Assembly: GCA_036528635.1 (NCBI GenBank)
Contig: JAIGNE010000061.1
Coordinates: 3,778-67,777 of the forward strand
Length of the DNA stretch: 64,000 nucleotides
Reading direction: 5' to 3'
Source of the DNA: Deltaproteobacteria bacterium
GTDB taxonomy: Bacteria > Desulfobacterota > Syntrophia > Syntrophales > Smithellaceae
In this document: positions 1 through 9,951 of the stretch, piece by piece
Layout: every line of letters starts with the position of its first letter
Numbering within the stretch: the stretch's first letter is position 1
Position numbers and translations under genes: made by a program
Notes under the pieces: generated by a model
What the model was told of the DNA's origin: nothing
What the model saw: only the letters and a program-made list of their open reading frames with translations
Database searches by the model: none

Positions 1-766
1 ACACAACCACCGAGTCGGAAACGCCGTACTTGCAGAAAGGCGATGCCTGCGGATCGTCCTTTTCGCGATGCCACACCGGTCGCGTAATAAGATGAACGCC
101 ATCGCAATCGGCAGGAACTGCAAAAGCGACGGCAAAATCGCTGTCGTCTTCCATCAGTGCCCTTGTCGGCAAAACAAATATTACATCCGCGTAGGCAACC
201 TGGGTGATGGACATTTTTACGCCTGAGACCACAATGCCATCCGGTCTTCTTTCCACAATATGAACATAGGCATCAGGATTGGGTTGTTCGCTGGGCCTCT
301 TCATGCGGTCACCCTTGCTGTCCGTTTGTGCACAACAGCCATCCAGGTCATTCCTCTGATACTCTTTGATATAATCCAAAAAACGTTTGTGGTATTGAGT
401 TCCCTTGGCTTCGTCAATTTCCTTCGTGCAGATGGCCAGCGCATTGATCGCGTCGTGGCCCATGCACCTGTGGATGCAGCCTCCAACGCGGCGGGCAACA
501 AGACGAATCATCTTCTGCTTCTGCAAGAGGTCGTATGGATTTTGCGGAAGGTGTGCAAACCGGTTAATCTCTTCACCGATGAGCGGGGAATGAACGGTGA
601 TCAATCCTTTCCATTCCGGTTTTTGGGCCAGTTCATAAGTGACGTCCAGGACATTGATCCCCGGAGCCAGCCGATGATCATCGCGGCTGACTTTCTCACC
701 CCCGATATAAATATTGGGTTTAAGCTTATATAATCGTTCCCTGTATTGTTCTTTTGTACTTAACAT
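1..766 (-). CDS. 4-hydroxybutyryl-CoA dehydratase / 4-hydroxyphenylacetate 3-hydroxylase family protein (3' part outside window)
   Basis: Not in the ORF track because it runs off the edge. Manual translation from ATG at 766: MLSTKEQYRERLYKLKPNIYIGGEKV...GGCIHRCMGHDAINAL...CAQTDSKGDRMKRPSEQ...PDAYVHIVERRPDGIVVSGVKMSIT. The CxxRCxG and TDxKGDR motifs are typical of AbfD; AGGAGG lies upstream. Confidence 0.85.
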   Translation of the reverse strand, partial: MLSTKEQYRERLYKLKPNIYIGGEKVSRDDHRLAPGINVLDVTYELAQKPEWKGLITVHSPLIGEEINRFAHLPQNPYDLLQKQKMIRLVARRVGGCIHRCMGHDAINALAICTKEIDEAKGTQYHKRFLDYIKEYQRNDLDGCCAQTDSKGDRMKRPSEQPNPDAYVHIVERRPDGIVVSGVKMSITQVAYADVIFVLPTRALMEDDSDFAVAFAVPADCDGVHLITRPVWHREKDDPQASPFCKYGVSDSVVV

Positions 767-868
767 CTTTAACTCATCCTCCTTTTCTACCGTCTCATCC
801 AATGGGGACGGAACCATCAAGGCAGCGCCTTTGTCTTTCTGTCACATTCAAAGCTAACGTCTGAATGA

Positions 869-1981
869 CTATGCAAGAAGCTTTGTCTGGACACCTTTCA
901 GAATGGTTTCGGCTTCCGTCACAATGTTTTGCACCATATCAGCGACTTTGGGCATGTCATTGATTCTCTGGGCGGCTTCACCGGCGGCCATGAGAGCTTT
1001 TTCCTTGTTGCCTCCATAGACGGCCTGGATGGATTCAATCTCAAAATTAATCAAAGACATATCGATTGTGCTATAGTCGTCTGGCGTACCGAGGAAAACA
1101 CCAGGTGATTTTTGCAGCGTATTTCTTGCGTGCTCATCACTGCGAGGGGTCTTCAACCAGCGGGCCGGTCCGACAAAGCCACGGGCAACGAGTGTGCCCC
1201 GGTCGCCTGCGGCAACAACGCCCTCTTTCCAGATCTGGTGGAAATCACTTTCCTGCGTTGCCAGGAATCGGGTTCCCATCTGGGCGCCATCAGCTCCCAG
1301 AACCAGGGCCGCCGCCAGGGTTTTGCCGTCACAGAAGCCGCCGGCGCCGCATACGAGCGTCTTTTCATCAGATACGGCTTCGACCACGGCAGGCAGAAGG
1401 ATCATGGAGTGGACCGGTTCCCAAGAGGTATGGAAACCGCCTTCATGACCGGATGCCACGATGACGTCAACACCAGCCTTTTTGCAGCGCAGTGCGCCCT
1501 TCACGGAGGGAACGACATGCATCCAGGTGAAGCCGGCGCCCTTGATCTTGTCTTTCCAGCCGACGGGGTCGCCCGCAGACGTAAAGATCACTTTGAAGAA
1601 ATTCTTCATGTCGGGATTCTCTTCCCGGACCTTGATGGCCGTGTCAATCATGACGAGGGAGTGCTGCTTAAGTTCCGCCGACACCATGACGTTGATCCCG
1701 AAGATACCACCCTTATCTTTGACCAGGCGATAAGTCCTTTTCAGTACTTTTTCCAGCGCCGTGGCCATATCGTCATCTCTGTCCGCTTCACCACTATCTA
1801 CAAATGCATTGTAAACCCAGGGTTGATCTTCCTTGTTGAAGAGCCCGCTGGTGGACAGCAGTCCCAGCACACCGGCATTTGCTGCTGCCACACAAAGGTT
1901 GTTGTTGCTGAACGGACCCATGCCCGCCTGGATAATCGGATATTTAATCCCTATCATGTCGCAAAGTCTTGACTTAATCAT
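869..1981 (-). CDS. Nitronate monooxygenase / FabK-like enoyl-thioester reductase (FMN TIM barrel)
   Basis: IKYPIIQAGMG, ASGHEGGFH, GAGGFCDGKTLAAALVLGADGAQMGTRF, MAAGEAAQRI motifs; start moved to MIKS after GGAGG. Confidence 0.85.
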   Translation of the reverse strand: MIKSRLCDMIGIKYPIIQAGMGPFSNNNLCVAAANAGVLGLLSTSGLFNKEDQPWVYNAFVDSGEADRDDDMATALEKVLKRTYRLVKDKGGIFGINVMVSAELKQHSLVMIDTAIKVREENPDMKNFFKVIFTSAGDPVGWKDKIKGAGFTWMHVVPSVKGALRCKKAGVDVIVASGHEGGFHTSWEPVHSMILLPAVVEAVSDEKTLVCGAGGFCDGKTLAAALVLGADGAQMGTRFLATQESDFHQIWKEGVVAAGDRGTLVARGFVGPARWLKTPRSDEHARNTLQKSPGVFLGTPDDYSTIDMSLINFEIESIQAVYGGNKEKALMAAGEAAQRINDMPKVADMVQNIVTEAETILKGVQTKLLA

Positions 1982-2034
1982 AAAATTTTCCTCCACCTAT
2001 TTTTTTAATTTGCTTAATTGACCTGTTCAGAAAA

Positions 2035-3741
2035 TTATTGGTTCATGGTGTAAGCACCGTTCAGGATCTCGACATGGTCCTTCCATAATCTCATTTCACG
2101 ATCGGGATTTATGTCCGGCTTCTTGATCATTTTCCAAAGGTACTTTTCCTGATCACCGGTATTGCCTGATTTGGTGATCTGGGTCAGGGCAAAATGAGAG
2201 AAATCCTTCACAAACAATCCGAAGATCTCGTCGATTACATCATTCTCCATTCTGTAGATTTTGCAGTTTTCCAGGATCAACTGCCCGTAAACAACGATAG
2301 CAAACATCTCTCCCAGAGCCAGCATATAGTCCATATTTGCACGCTGATCCGGGCTGGGTTTTGCATTGGCCATGAATTCCTTCAGCACTTCGATCTGTTC
2401 CGTGAAGACAGAGACATTGGGCAGATTGATGCCCTCGTATGCCAGCCGGTAATCGGGGAACTTCACCTTGGCGAGACCTCCGGAGTACTGCTTGAATATG
2501 TAGGCATCATCGGCCGGGTCATTGCGCCGGGGAATGGCCGGGTACTGAACAGGGTTGGCGAAATAGTTGTCAAGGAATTTAATGACGAGGCTGAGATTGA
2601 CGTGAGCCGTGCCTTCCAGGCGAGCGGGCATACCGATATCCCGGATGGCCATCTCCGTATAGGTGTCCTGTTCATACCCTTTCGCGGTCATGATGTCCAA
2701 AAGCATCTCCATGACCCTGACGCCTTCCGTGGTGACTTTTGCTTTCTGAATTGGATTGAACAGGAGATAGCGGCGATCGTCATCGGATGAGGCGCGGAAA
2801 TAATCGAGGCTCCTAAGCGCATAAAGCTTCATGGCCGTGATCCGGATATAGGACTCAACGAAAAATTTCCTGATATGCGGAAAATTCGTCACGGGTTTCC
2901 CATAAAGGATGCGATTGGATGCATGGTTGATGGCTTCGTAAAAGGAGTGGGTGCAAATCCCGGTATTTAAAAACCCCAATTGAAACTTGCCGATGTTGAT
3001 CGTGGACAAGGCGGAATCCCAGGCGTGCTTACCGGTGGAGAGGATGTCATCCTGCGAAATAGGATAATCCACCAGCTCGAATTCTCCAACGAACCCGTTG
3101 CGAGCGCCGGAGGTTTGTATTTTTTTCACCAGTTTGTAGTTGTGGTGCTGGCTGTCGACGGTAAAGAAAACGTAGTCGTCTTTGTCGGTCTGTTTTGCCG
3201 CAATGGATACGAGAGCGGCCAGATTGGCATTCCCGATATAGTATTTGCTTCCATCGGCCTTGAATGTTCCGTCTTTTTGCGGATAAAGCTTCATCTCATT
3301 GGAATATAAATCCGCGCCATGCTCCTTTTCGGAAAGGCCGAATGCAAAAATTCCGCCTTCCTTCAAAAGCCCGGCGGTTTTATGCTTTATCTTTTCATTG
3401 GTTCCCATCCAAATGGGGCCAAGACCCAGGATTGAAACCTGATAGGCATACTGATACGCATTGCTGTAAAATCCCAGCAGTTCGCTGAACTGACAGACAC
3501 GGGAAAGATCAAATCTTGAATCGGGGTCTCCGTAGCCGGCCGGCGTCAGCAGGGTGCTGAAAATCTGGTTATCTCTTAAAAAACGAATGTAATCATCATA
3601 CCACCGCTGAGCCTGGTCATCTTCTTTCAGGCTCCTGAGGCCCTTTCCTTCAAAGAAAGCAATCGTCTTCTCCATGACACCCTGTGTTTTTTTATCGGCC
3701 CATGACGAGCTGTATTGCTTAGGGTTAAGCAGCATATTCAT
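2035..3741 (-). CDS. Acyl-CoA dehydrogenase (long, ~570 aa type)
   Basis: FAFGLSEKEHGADL, GSKYYIGNA, RLEGTAHVN motifs; start after GGGAGG. Confidence 0.88.
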   Translation of the reverse strand: MNMLLNPKQYSSSWADKKTQGVMEKTIAFFEGKGLRSLKEDDQAQRWYDDYIRFLRDNQIFSTLLTPAGYGDPDSRFDLSRVCQFSELLGFYSNAYQYAYQVSILGLGPIWMGTNEKIKHKTAGLLKEGGIFAFGLSEKEHGADLYSNEMKLYPQKDGTFKADGSKYYIGNANLAALVSIAAKQTDKDDYVFFTVDSQHHNYKLVKKIQTSGARNGFVGEFELVDYPISQDDILSTGKHAWDSALSTINIGKFQLGFLNTGICTHSFYEAINHASNRILYGKPVTNFPHIRKFFVESYIRITAMKLYALRSLDYFRASSDDDRRYLLFNPIQKAKVTTEGVRVMEMLLDIMTAKGYEQDTYTEMAIRDIGMPARLEGTAHVNLSLVIKFLDNYFANPVQYPAIPRRNDPADDAYIFKQYSGGLAKVKFPDYRLAYEGINLPNVSVFTEQIEVLKEFMANAKPSPDQRANMDYMLALGEMFAIVVYGQLILENCKIYRMENDVIDEIFGLFVKDFSHFALTQITKSGNTGDQEKYLWKMIKKPDINPDREMRLWKDHVEILNGAYTMNQ

Positions 3742-3897
3742 ATTGTTACCTCCCATCGTAAAATAATATATAAATTGATAATAGCTTTCGTGATGAACAG
3801 GAACTTCCGGGTTATTTCATATTCACTGCGATTTGTTCAGAATAGGGATGTCCGATCTTCCTTTAACGGACCATGGAACTTGTTTCATAAAATGTCC

Positions 3898-3939
3898 GTG
3901 ATCTTTCCCGCCCCTGGGAAGAGCAGCGGGAAAGATCAC
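3898..3939 (-). terminator. Intra-operon hairpin (14-bp perfect stem) downstream of the SBP gene
   Basis: GTGATCTTTCCCGC (3898-3911) pairs with GCGGGAAAGATCAC (3926-3939); no clear U-tract, so possibly an mRNA-stabilising stem. Confidence 0.55.
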
Positions 3940-3953
3940 ATCTGGTAAATGAT

Positions 3954-5459
3954 TTATTCTCCCCAATCATTCTTTCCCTTGCACCGGTCAAGATTCTGGT
4001 CCATCAGGGGCAGAACCTTGCCGGCAGGGACCAATGCACCCGGCCCTATATTGGAGTAATCGCTGCTCCAGTGATAAGGGGGAATATTATACGATACCTT
4101 CTGCTGCGCCGGCGGCACGTATTCGTTCACCGAAAAATCCTGGATAGCCTTGTGATCGCAAGTTCTCATCTTAAGGATTTTACCATTGGCAAATTGATAG
4201 GTGTCACCCTCCCAGACCTTAATAATCTTTTCCGGGTCCGTACTCTTGGCCCTTTCTATGACGCTCAGGATCCAGTATGTCTGCTCCGCGTATGATCCCA
4301 TGACATTAGTCAGGTGCTCGAAAAGGGGGCCATTGAACGGAGAGGTTTTCCACTTCTTCCACTGGTTATTCCAGGCCTTATGCATCTTGATATACTCGGG
4401 TGTCCTGAAAGCCGGCGCGGGCATGTCATAAAAATTGATATTGACCAGCCCTTTCGTTCCTTCTATGCCGACCTCGCGCAACATACTTCCCTCCACCATA
4501 AAAAGATTCGCGATGGGAATCATGACCCCCATCTGCCGCGCTTGCTTCAGAAGATTGGCTGCATCGGGTATCCAGTCGCCTGTGTAAATGACCTCGGCGC
4601 CGGATGCCTTCACCTTTTCGATATAGGGGGCGAAATCCGTCAGATAGAGTTTATGATAATCTTCACCGACGATCTGAGCCTCAGGGTAATATTCCTTTAA
4701 TCCCTTTTTGAAGCCTTCGGCCATCAAGTGACCAAATCCATAATCCTGATTGAGAATATAAAATTTCTTTTCCTTTTTCCGGACCTGTCCGTAGTAATAG
4801 GCCAGGCCGCGTCCAATCTGATCCGTGGAGGCGGAAGGCATAAACGCATAGCGGCCGAAATTCTGGGCATCCATCAAGTCATCGGATGTGCCCATGACGC
4901 TCGCGCCAATGACCTTGTACTTGTTGGCCACCTCGTTGGCGATCTTCATCAGATGGCTGCCGTTTGAACCCACGAGGACATGCACCTTTTCCTGAAGGAC
5001 CATCCGCTCGCAGATCTTCTTGGCCTGATCCGGCTTGCCCATGTGGTCCGCCTTGAGGATCTCGACCAATTTCTTCTTGCCATCGACCATGATGCCGCCG
5101 CGCTTGTTGATGTCATGGGCTACCCACTGAAGAGCTGCCCAATAGAGCGACCCGTTCAAAGCGCCGGCGCCGGAGAATGATCCGACAATGGCAAGTTTGA
5201 TCGTATCACCGGTAGGAACGGGAGAGGTTGCCGGATCGAAATCCGACATATCCGACATCTTGCTGAAATCAAATGACGCATTGGGTTTCGCCACTTTCTC
5301 GGCCATGGAGCCGGGAACCGCTTTTTCCGCTTTTGCTGCTTTTTCCGCTTTTACCTTCTTCTCCGCCTTGGCGGCATCAGCCGTGTATGGGCTTAAAGCC
5401 GGCAGCAAAAGCGAAAAAACACACGCCAACATCAAAACACTTTTACATAAACGCCACAT
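3954..5459 (-). CDS. ABC transporter substrate-binding protein, branched-chain/LivK-like (Peripla_BP_6)
   Basis: Signal peptide, then DTIKLAIVGSFSG, INKRGGI, QDYGFGH, TDFAPYIEKVKASGAEVI, DPEKIIKVWEG. Confidence 0.85.
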   Translation of the reverse strand: MWRLCKSVLMLACVFSLLLPALSPYTADAAKAEKKVKAEKAAKAEKAVPGSMAEKVAKPNASFDFSKMSDMSDFDPATSPVPTGDTIKLAIVGSFSGAGALNGSLYWAALQWVAHDINKRGGIMVDGKKKLVEILKADHMGKPDQAKKICERMVLQEKVHVLVGSNGSHLMKIANEVANKYKVIGASVMGTSDDLMDAQNFGRYAFMPSASTDQIGRGLAYYYGQVRKKEKKFYILNQDYGFGHLMAEGFKKGLKEYYPEAQIVGEDYHKLYLTDFAPYIEKVKASGAEVIYTGDWIPDAANLLKQARQMGVMIPIANLFMVEGSMLREVGIEGTKGLVNINFYDMPAPAFRTPEYIKMHKAWNNQWKKWKTSPFNGPLFEHLTNVMGSYAEQTYWILSVIERAKSTDPEKIIKVWEGDTYQFANGKILKMRTCDHKAIQDFSVNEYVPPAQQKVSYNIPPYHWSSDYSNIGPGALVPAGKVLPLMDQNLDRCKGKNDWGE

Positions 5460-5562
5460 CTCAAACCTCCTCCTCTTTCATGTTATTCTAACTTATGTTG
5501 ATACCCTCTGGTACACTCTCTGATATTGGCTTCCAGTCCGAACGCGGTAGCCAAAGCCGGAT

Positions 5563-7218
5563 TCACCCTTTTGCCTTCGCTACTTCCTCATCGCGCAAGG
5601 TTTTACGAAGAATCTTTCCGACTGCAGATTGTGGAAGCGATTCCCTGAATTCAATCGTTCTCGGAACTTTGTAAGGGGCCAATTTCTCCTTGCAGAAGGC
5701 GATGATCTCCTCCTGGCTTGCCGTTTCACCATTCTTCAAGACGATAAAAGCTTTAACGGTCTCTCCCCGATACGCATCGGGGACTCCGACCGACACCGCC
5801 AGTTCAACCTTGGGATGTTTGTGGAGCAGTTCGTCGATTTCACGCGGGTAAACATTGAAGCCGCCGGCTATGATCATGTCTTTTTTACGGTCAACAATGA
5901 AAAAATAACCATCCTGATCCATGACGGCGATATCACCGGTATACAACCATCCATCCTTCAACTGATTCGCCGTCTCTTCCGGATTATGCCAGTAGGCCTT
6001 CATAACTTGCGGGCCCTTGATAATGATCTCGCCCGGTTCACCCTGCGGCACCTCCGTCTTTCCGTCTTCCAGATCGACCAGTTTGACGTCCGTATCCAGA
6101 AGCGGAATTCCAATGCTGCCCACCTTCTTTACGCCCATGATGGGATTGCCTATCCCGGTGCAGGATGTTTCGCTCATGGCCCAGCCCTCGGTCAGAAAGA
6201 TGCCGGCATTCTTGACCTGCTCGATCAGCTCGACGGGGCATGGCGCCGCGCCGACATTCATGAAGCCGATGATTTTTCCGATTTCCATCTCTTTTGCTTT
6301 GGGGTGATTCACAACGGCGCTCACCATCGTCGGAACGGCAGGAAAATAGGTTATTCCACCCACAGAGCCAATGAGATCCATGAGTTTATTGATTTCAAAT
6401 TGGGGTACTAAAATCTGTGTAGCGCAACTATATATCGCCCAGTTTGAAATAAGATTCCCATACACATGATAAAGGGGAAGAACGATGAGCGTGGACAGCC
6501 TTTCTATCGGTGTCAGTCTGGCCCGGGGCATATACCACGCGGAAATCTGCACGGTTGCCGTCGTGACATTGGCATGCGTCAAAACGGCTCCCTTGGGAAC
6601 GCCGGTTGTGCCGCCGGTGAATTGAATAACAGCAGGATCTTCCGGATCAATCGTTACGCGAACACGATCCGTATTCGTGCAGCCATCCAGGATGTCCATA
6701 AAACCATACCAGCCCTTATCCAGATCAGAAGAATTTCCTTTTCCGCCGGATGACGTAAAATCGCTCGAGTTGGCCACGATGACCCGGGGGATCTGAAAAT
6801 CCCGGCACAGCAGCCGGACGTTGGGCAGGGCTTTGTCGATCGTGATCAGGGTGGTTAGTGTGGTTTGTTTCGCTACGACGAGGAGCTCCTCTGCCGGATA
6901 GATAGGGTTCAGATTGACGACAATGGCTCCGAGCGAAAGAACCGCCCGATAAGCAATAACATACTGAGGACAAGTAGGCAGATGGATGCCGACCCGGTCG
7001 CCTTTTTCAACGCCCAGGCCTTTCAGGGCATTGGCCATTCTTAAAACCATCTGGCGAAGTTCCCAGAACGTAATTGATTTTCCTTCGTACAAAATTGCCG
7101 GTTTGTTTGGGTGTGCGTTTGCCGGGATTTGTAAGATGTCGTGCACAAGCGTACGGGGATATCTTAATGATAAGGGTACTTCATAATCATAATGATCGTG
7201 CCAGCGTCGGTATTCCAT
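5563..7218 (-). CDS. Long-chain-fatty-acid--CoA ligase (FadD-like)
   Basis: QFTGGTTGVPKGAVLTH, GWLYTGDI, DRKKDMIIAGGFNVYPREID, VGKILRK. Confidence 0.92.
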   Translation of the reverse strand: MEYRRWHDHYDYEVPLSLRYPRTLVHDILQIPANAHPNKPAILYEGKSITFWELRQMVLRMANALKGLGVEKGDRVGIHLPTCPQYVIAYRAVLSLGAIVVNLNPIYPAEELLVVAKQTTLTTLITIDKALPNVRLLCRDFQIPRVIVANSSDFTSSGGKGNSSDLDKGWYGFMDILDGCTNTDRVRVTIDPEDPAVIQFTGGTTGVPKGAVLTHANVTTATVQISAWYMPRARLTPIERLSTLIVLPLYHVYGNLISNWAIYSCATQILVPQFEINKLMDLIGSVGGITYFPAVPTMVSAVVNHPKAKEMEIGKIIGFMNVGAAPCPVELIEQVKNAGIFLTEGWAMSETSCTGIGNPIMGVKKVGSIGIPLLDTDVKLVDLEDGKTEVPQGEPGEIIIKGPQVMKAYWHNPEETANQLKDGWLYTGDIAVMDQDGYFFIVDRKKDMIIAGGFNVYPREIDELLHKHPKVELAVSVGVPDAYRGETVKAFIVLKNGETASQEEIIAFCKEKLAPYKVPRTIEFRESLPQSAVGKILRKTLRDEEVAKAKG

Positions 7219-7357
7219 AAGCTATTCCTCCTAGTTAATAGTTGCGTCCCTGCGGGGTCTGCTTTCATGACCCGCTTGAGAGAGCCCAGTGACGTTTATT
7301 TCTCCCTGAAGCCGGCTCAAAAGTACGCTGCATATCTCTCATTCGAGCCGCGATTAG

Positions 7358-7405
7358 TCAACAGTCGTTTGATGTTTTATTAATTAAATCAATCAACGTC
7401 CGTTG
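7358..7405. promoter_or_regulatory. Candidate TetR operator pair
   Basis: Related palindromes TCAACAGTCGTTTGA (7358-7372) and CAACG-TC-CGTTG (7394-7405) in the divergent fadD/tetR intergenic region. Confidence 0.5.
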
Positions 7406-7454
7406 TTTTGTAAGTTACTTATTATATACAATAAATTTTGTCAAGAAAAATAAT

Positions 7455-7484
7455 TTGACATTTAAATAATTACAGGTATATGAT
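7455..7484 (+). promoter_or_regulatory. Sigma70-type promoter of tetR
   Basis: TTGACA-18 nt-TATGAT, about 45 nt upstream of the ATG. Confidence 0.55.
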
Positions 7485-7528
7485 ATTTTTAAATTTATCT
7501 AACTTAGCCCAATGGGAGAGCGAAGATC

Positions 7529-8200
7529 ATGAATCGGATAAGCACGGAAACAGGTAAGATACCCTCAGAAAAGGCATCCAATCACAAAAAAAGCATAGAG
7601 ACCTTCGAAAAGAAGAGATTGAAAATCATCAAGAAAGCGATGCGGCTCTTTATAAAAAAGGGATACGCTCAGTCATCAATGCGTGAAATATCACAGGTAA
7701 CCGGCATCGATAGCAGTTATTTATATAAATTTATTAAGAACAAGGAGGAAATTCTGTACCTGGCTTTTGAGCAGGTTCATTCGCCGGCAATGAATATTTT
7801 CGATAAACTTAAGATAGAAGAAATTGAAGACCCGGAAAAACAATTGCGATCGGTAATTCGCGAATTAATGAGATCTAATTATGACTTTAAGGCCGAGATT
7901 GCATTATTGTATCGGGAATCCAAGCATTTGCCCAAAAAATATCTGAAGATTATCTGCGATCGGGAAAGCCAGCTGATCCATCGTATCGAGCAAATATTGA
8001 TCACGCTGAATGAGCGCAGGAAACTCAATATCCAAAATTTTTCTTATGTTGCCAATATGATTGTTTATCAGGCCTCCTTCTATCCCTTGCGGAGCTGGAA
8101 TTTCAGGAATTGTAGCGAGGGAGAATTGGCGGACCTGACCGAGGACTATATCATGAATGCAATCATGTCATGCCCGGATGAACAGCAGAAAATGTCATGA
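7529..8200 (+). CDS. TetR/AcrR family transcriptional regulator
   Basis: KIIKKAMRLFIKKGYAQSSMREISQVTGIDSSYLYKFIKNKEEIL HTH; divergent from the catabolic operon. Confidence 0.9.
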   Translation: MNRISTETGKIPSEKASNHKKSIETFEKKRLKIIKKAMRLFIKKGYAQSSMREISQVTGIDSSYLYKFIKNKEEILYLAFEQVHSPAMNIFDKLKIEEIEDPEKQLRSVIRELMRSNYDFKAEIALLYRESKHLPKKYLKIICDRESQLIHRIEQILITLNERRKLNIQNFSYVANMIVYQASFYPLRSWNFRNCSEGELADLTEDYIMNAIMSCPDEQQKMS

Positions 8201-8232
8201 CCAGCCCTTGGAACGATTAGCCTGATGCAATT

Positions 8233-8373
8233 TCATCCACGGGGCGGCCTGGCGATGGCCGGTATATGCCCCGCCCCTGAAATCTGAAAAATAAAAGCAA
8301 CATTAAATGCCGCCCACAACAAGAGCGCTATGAAACCAAGTAGGCTGATCCATCTTTTATGCTTTTATTTCAC
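8233..8373 (-). pseudogene. Possible remnant of a secreted-protein 5' end
   Basis: AGGAGG followed by GTG-AAA-TAA, then in-frame KHKRWISLLGFIALLLWAAFNVAFIF (signal-peptide-like). Confidence 0.3.
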
Positions 8374-8401
8374 TCCATCCTCCTTCTTAATATGAAATAA
8401 A

Positions 8402-9694
8402 TTACTGTTCGTCGTTATACTTCTTCAGTTCATCCGGAAGTTGCTCAACCTCCGGCGCCTGATAAATAACATCTTCCCGGTAGAGCTCATCAATCTGTTG
8501 GTCCGAATACCCCAGTACACCGGACAGGGTCTCCCGGTTATGTTCTCCCAGGAAAGGCGCGTAGCCTCTGATCGTCGCCGGCGTTTCAGAGAATTTCAGG
8601 GGGCTTCCTCCCATCGTCATGGGTCCGATGAAGGGCTGCACTTTCTTCAGCCTCATTTCCCGCGCGCCGATATAGGGGTCGGTTGTGGCCAGTTCCTCGA
8701 TGGATTTCACGCGGCAGGCCGCGGCGCCGATGCTCAATAGTCTGCGTTCAGCTTCTTCGACGGAATCCTGGGACATGATCCAGGATTCAAGGGCCTCGTG
8801 AACCAGGGGGGCGTTTTCCGGAACACAGCGGCCGATAATGTCCCGCGTCCGAACATCGGTTTTCATCCACTCATATTCGGGACCGAAAAGGTCCACAAGC
8901 TCGGGCCAACGGCTGTCCGTCAGCATGGCGACGGCGATGCAGCCGTTCTTGCCGTTATAAATACCGAACGGTGAAGACGTGGGGCTTTTCTGCGCGACGG
9001 AAAAATTGTAAGGCGGAATGCCTGCGGCCTCGCTGATCCAATAGGCGGGAAACGATGTCTCGGGAACTGAGAACAGGCAATCGACCATGGAGATGTCGAT
9101 GTTCTGCCCCTGGCCGGTTTTCTCCCGATGATGCAGGGCGGCCAGAATTGCGGTGCAGGCATGCATGCTGGCTGTCGTATCTCCAATCGCCATGGGCGCC
9201 ATTTCATGGCCTTCCATCACGGCCGTCCAGCCGCTCGCCGCCTGGGCAACGATGTCATAGCCCGACCGGTTGACGTCGTAACCCCAGTGTCCGAAGACTG
9301 AAATGGAGCAGTAGATAATATCCGGCTTGATCTTTTTCGCCGACTCATAATCCAGCCCCAGCCGATCCATCACCCCGGGGGCAAAGTTTTCCACAATGAT
9401 ATCGCTTCTCTTGATCAGCTCGTGGATCAACCGGATTCCCCTGGGGTGTTTCAGGTCGATGCAGAGGCTTTTCTTCCCGCGGTTGAGGTTGATGTGATAG
9501 GAGCACTGCGTCACGCCGTTTATTTCCACCCGGCGCGCCTGATGGCGCTCGTTCGTGCCGATCTTGAATTTTTCGACTTTAAGCACATTGGCGCCCATAT
9601 CGGTCAAATTCCTGGTTGCGTAAGGTCCCGCCAGCACCCAGGTAAAGTCCAGGACAGTGACATCGGACAGAGGACCCGGTTTGATCTTTTCCAT
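8402..9694 (-). CDS. Class III CoA-transferase (CaiB/BaiF family)
   Basis: VLDFTWVLAGPY, NRGKKSLCIDLK, VENFAPGVMDRLGL, catalytic Asp in MAIGDT, APFLGEHN. Confidence 0.92.
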   Translation of the reverse strand: MEKIKPGPLSDVTVLDFTWVLAGPYATRNLTDMGANVLKVEKFKIGTNERHQARRVEINGVTQCSYHINLNRGKKSLCIDLKHPRGIRLIHELIKRSDIIVENFAPGVMDRLGLDYESAKKIKPDIIYCSISVFGHWGYDVNRSGYDIVAQAASGWTAVMEGHEMAPMAIGDTTASMHACTAILAALHHREKTGQGQNIDISMVDCLFSVPETSFPAYWISEAAGIPPYNFSVAQKSPTSSPFGIYNGKNGCIAVAMLTDSRWPELVDLFGPEYEWMKTDVRTRDIIGRCVPENAPLVHEALESWIMSQDSVEEAERRLLSIGAAACRVKSIEELATTDPYIGAREMRLKKVQPFIGPMTMGGSPLKFSETPATIRGYAPFLGEHNRETLSGVLGYSDQQIDELYREDVIYQAPEVEQLPDELKKYNDEQ

Positions 9695-9951
9695 AAAATA
9701 ACCACCTTCTTCATCTGTTTATTTTTTCGGCCGATATTTTCGCATGCAGGTAAGGAGTCATGGCCGTTTGCATCTGTTTCCCTGAACGAAAAGCGAATCG
9801 TCCCCCTCTGCTCTTTAAATATCAGCGCATTCCTGTCACTGCGACAGGTCTCATACGAAGAGGTCCAACTCGATAGCGACAAATTAGATGATGTTCAGGC
9901 AAAAATCTATATTAAATAATATCTACAAAATCTCTACATAATAAGTAGAGT

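Noticed and set aside
260-733. 157-aa + strand ORF from the track
   Set aside because: The real gene is the minus-strand AbfD-like CDS that runs off the window edge.
5315-5375. Short repeats ttttccgcttt near the 5' end of the SBP gene
   Set aside because: They encode a low-complexity KAEK linker; not a CRISPR or regulatory repeat.
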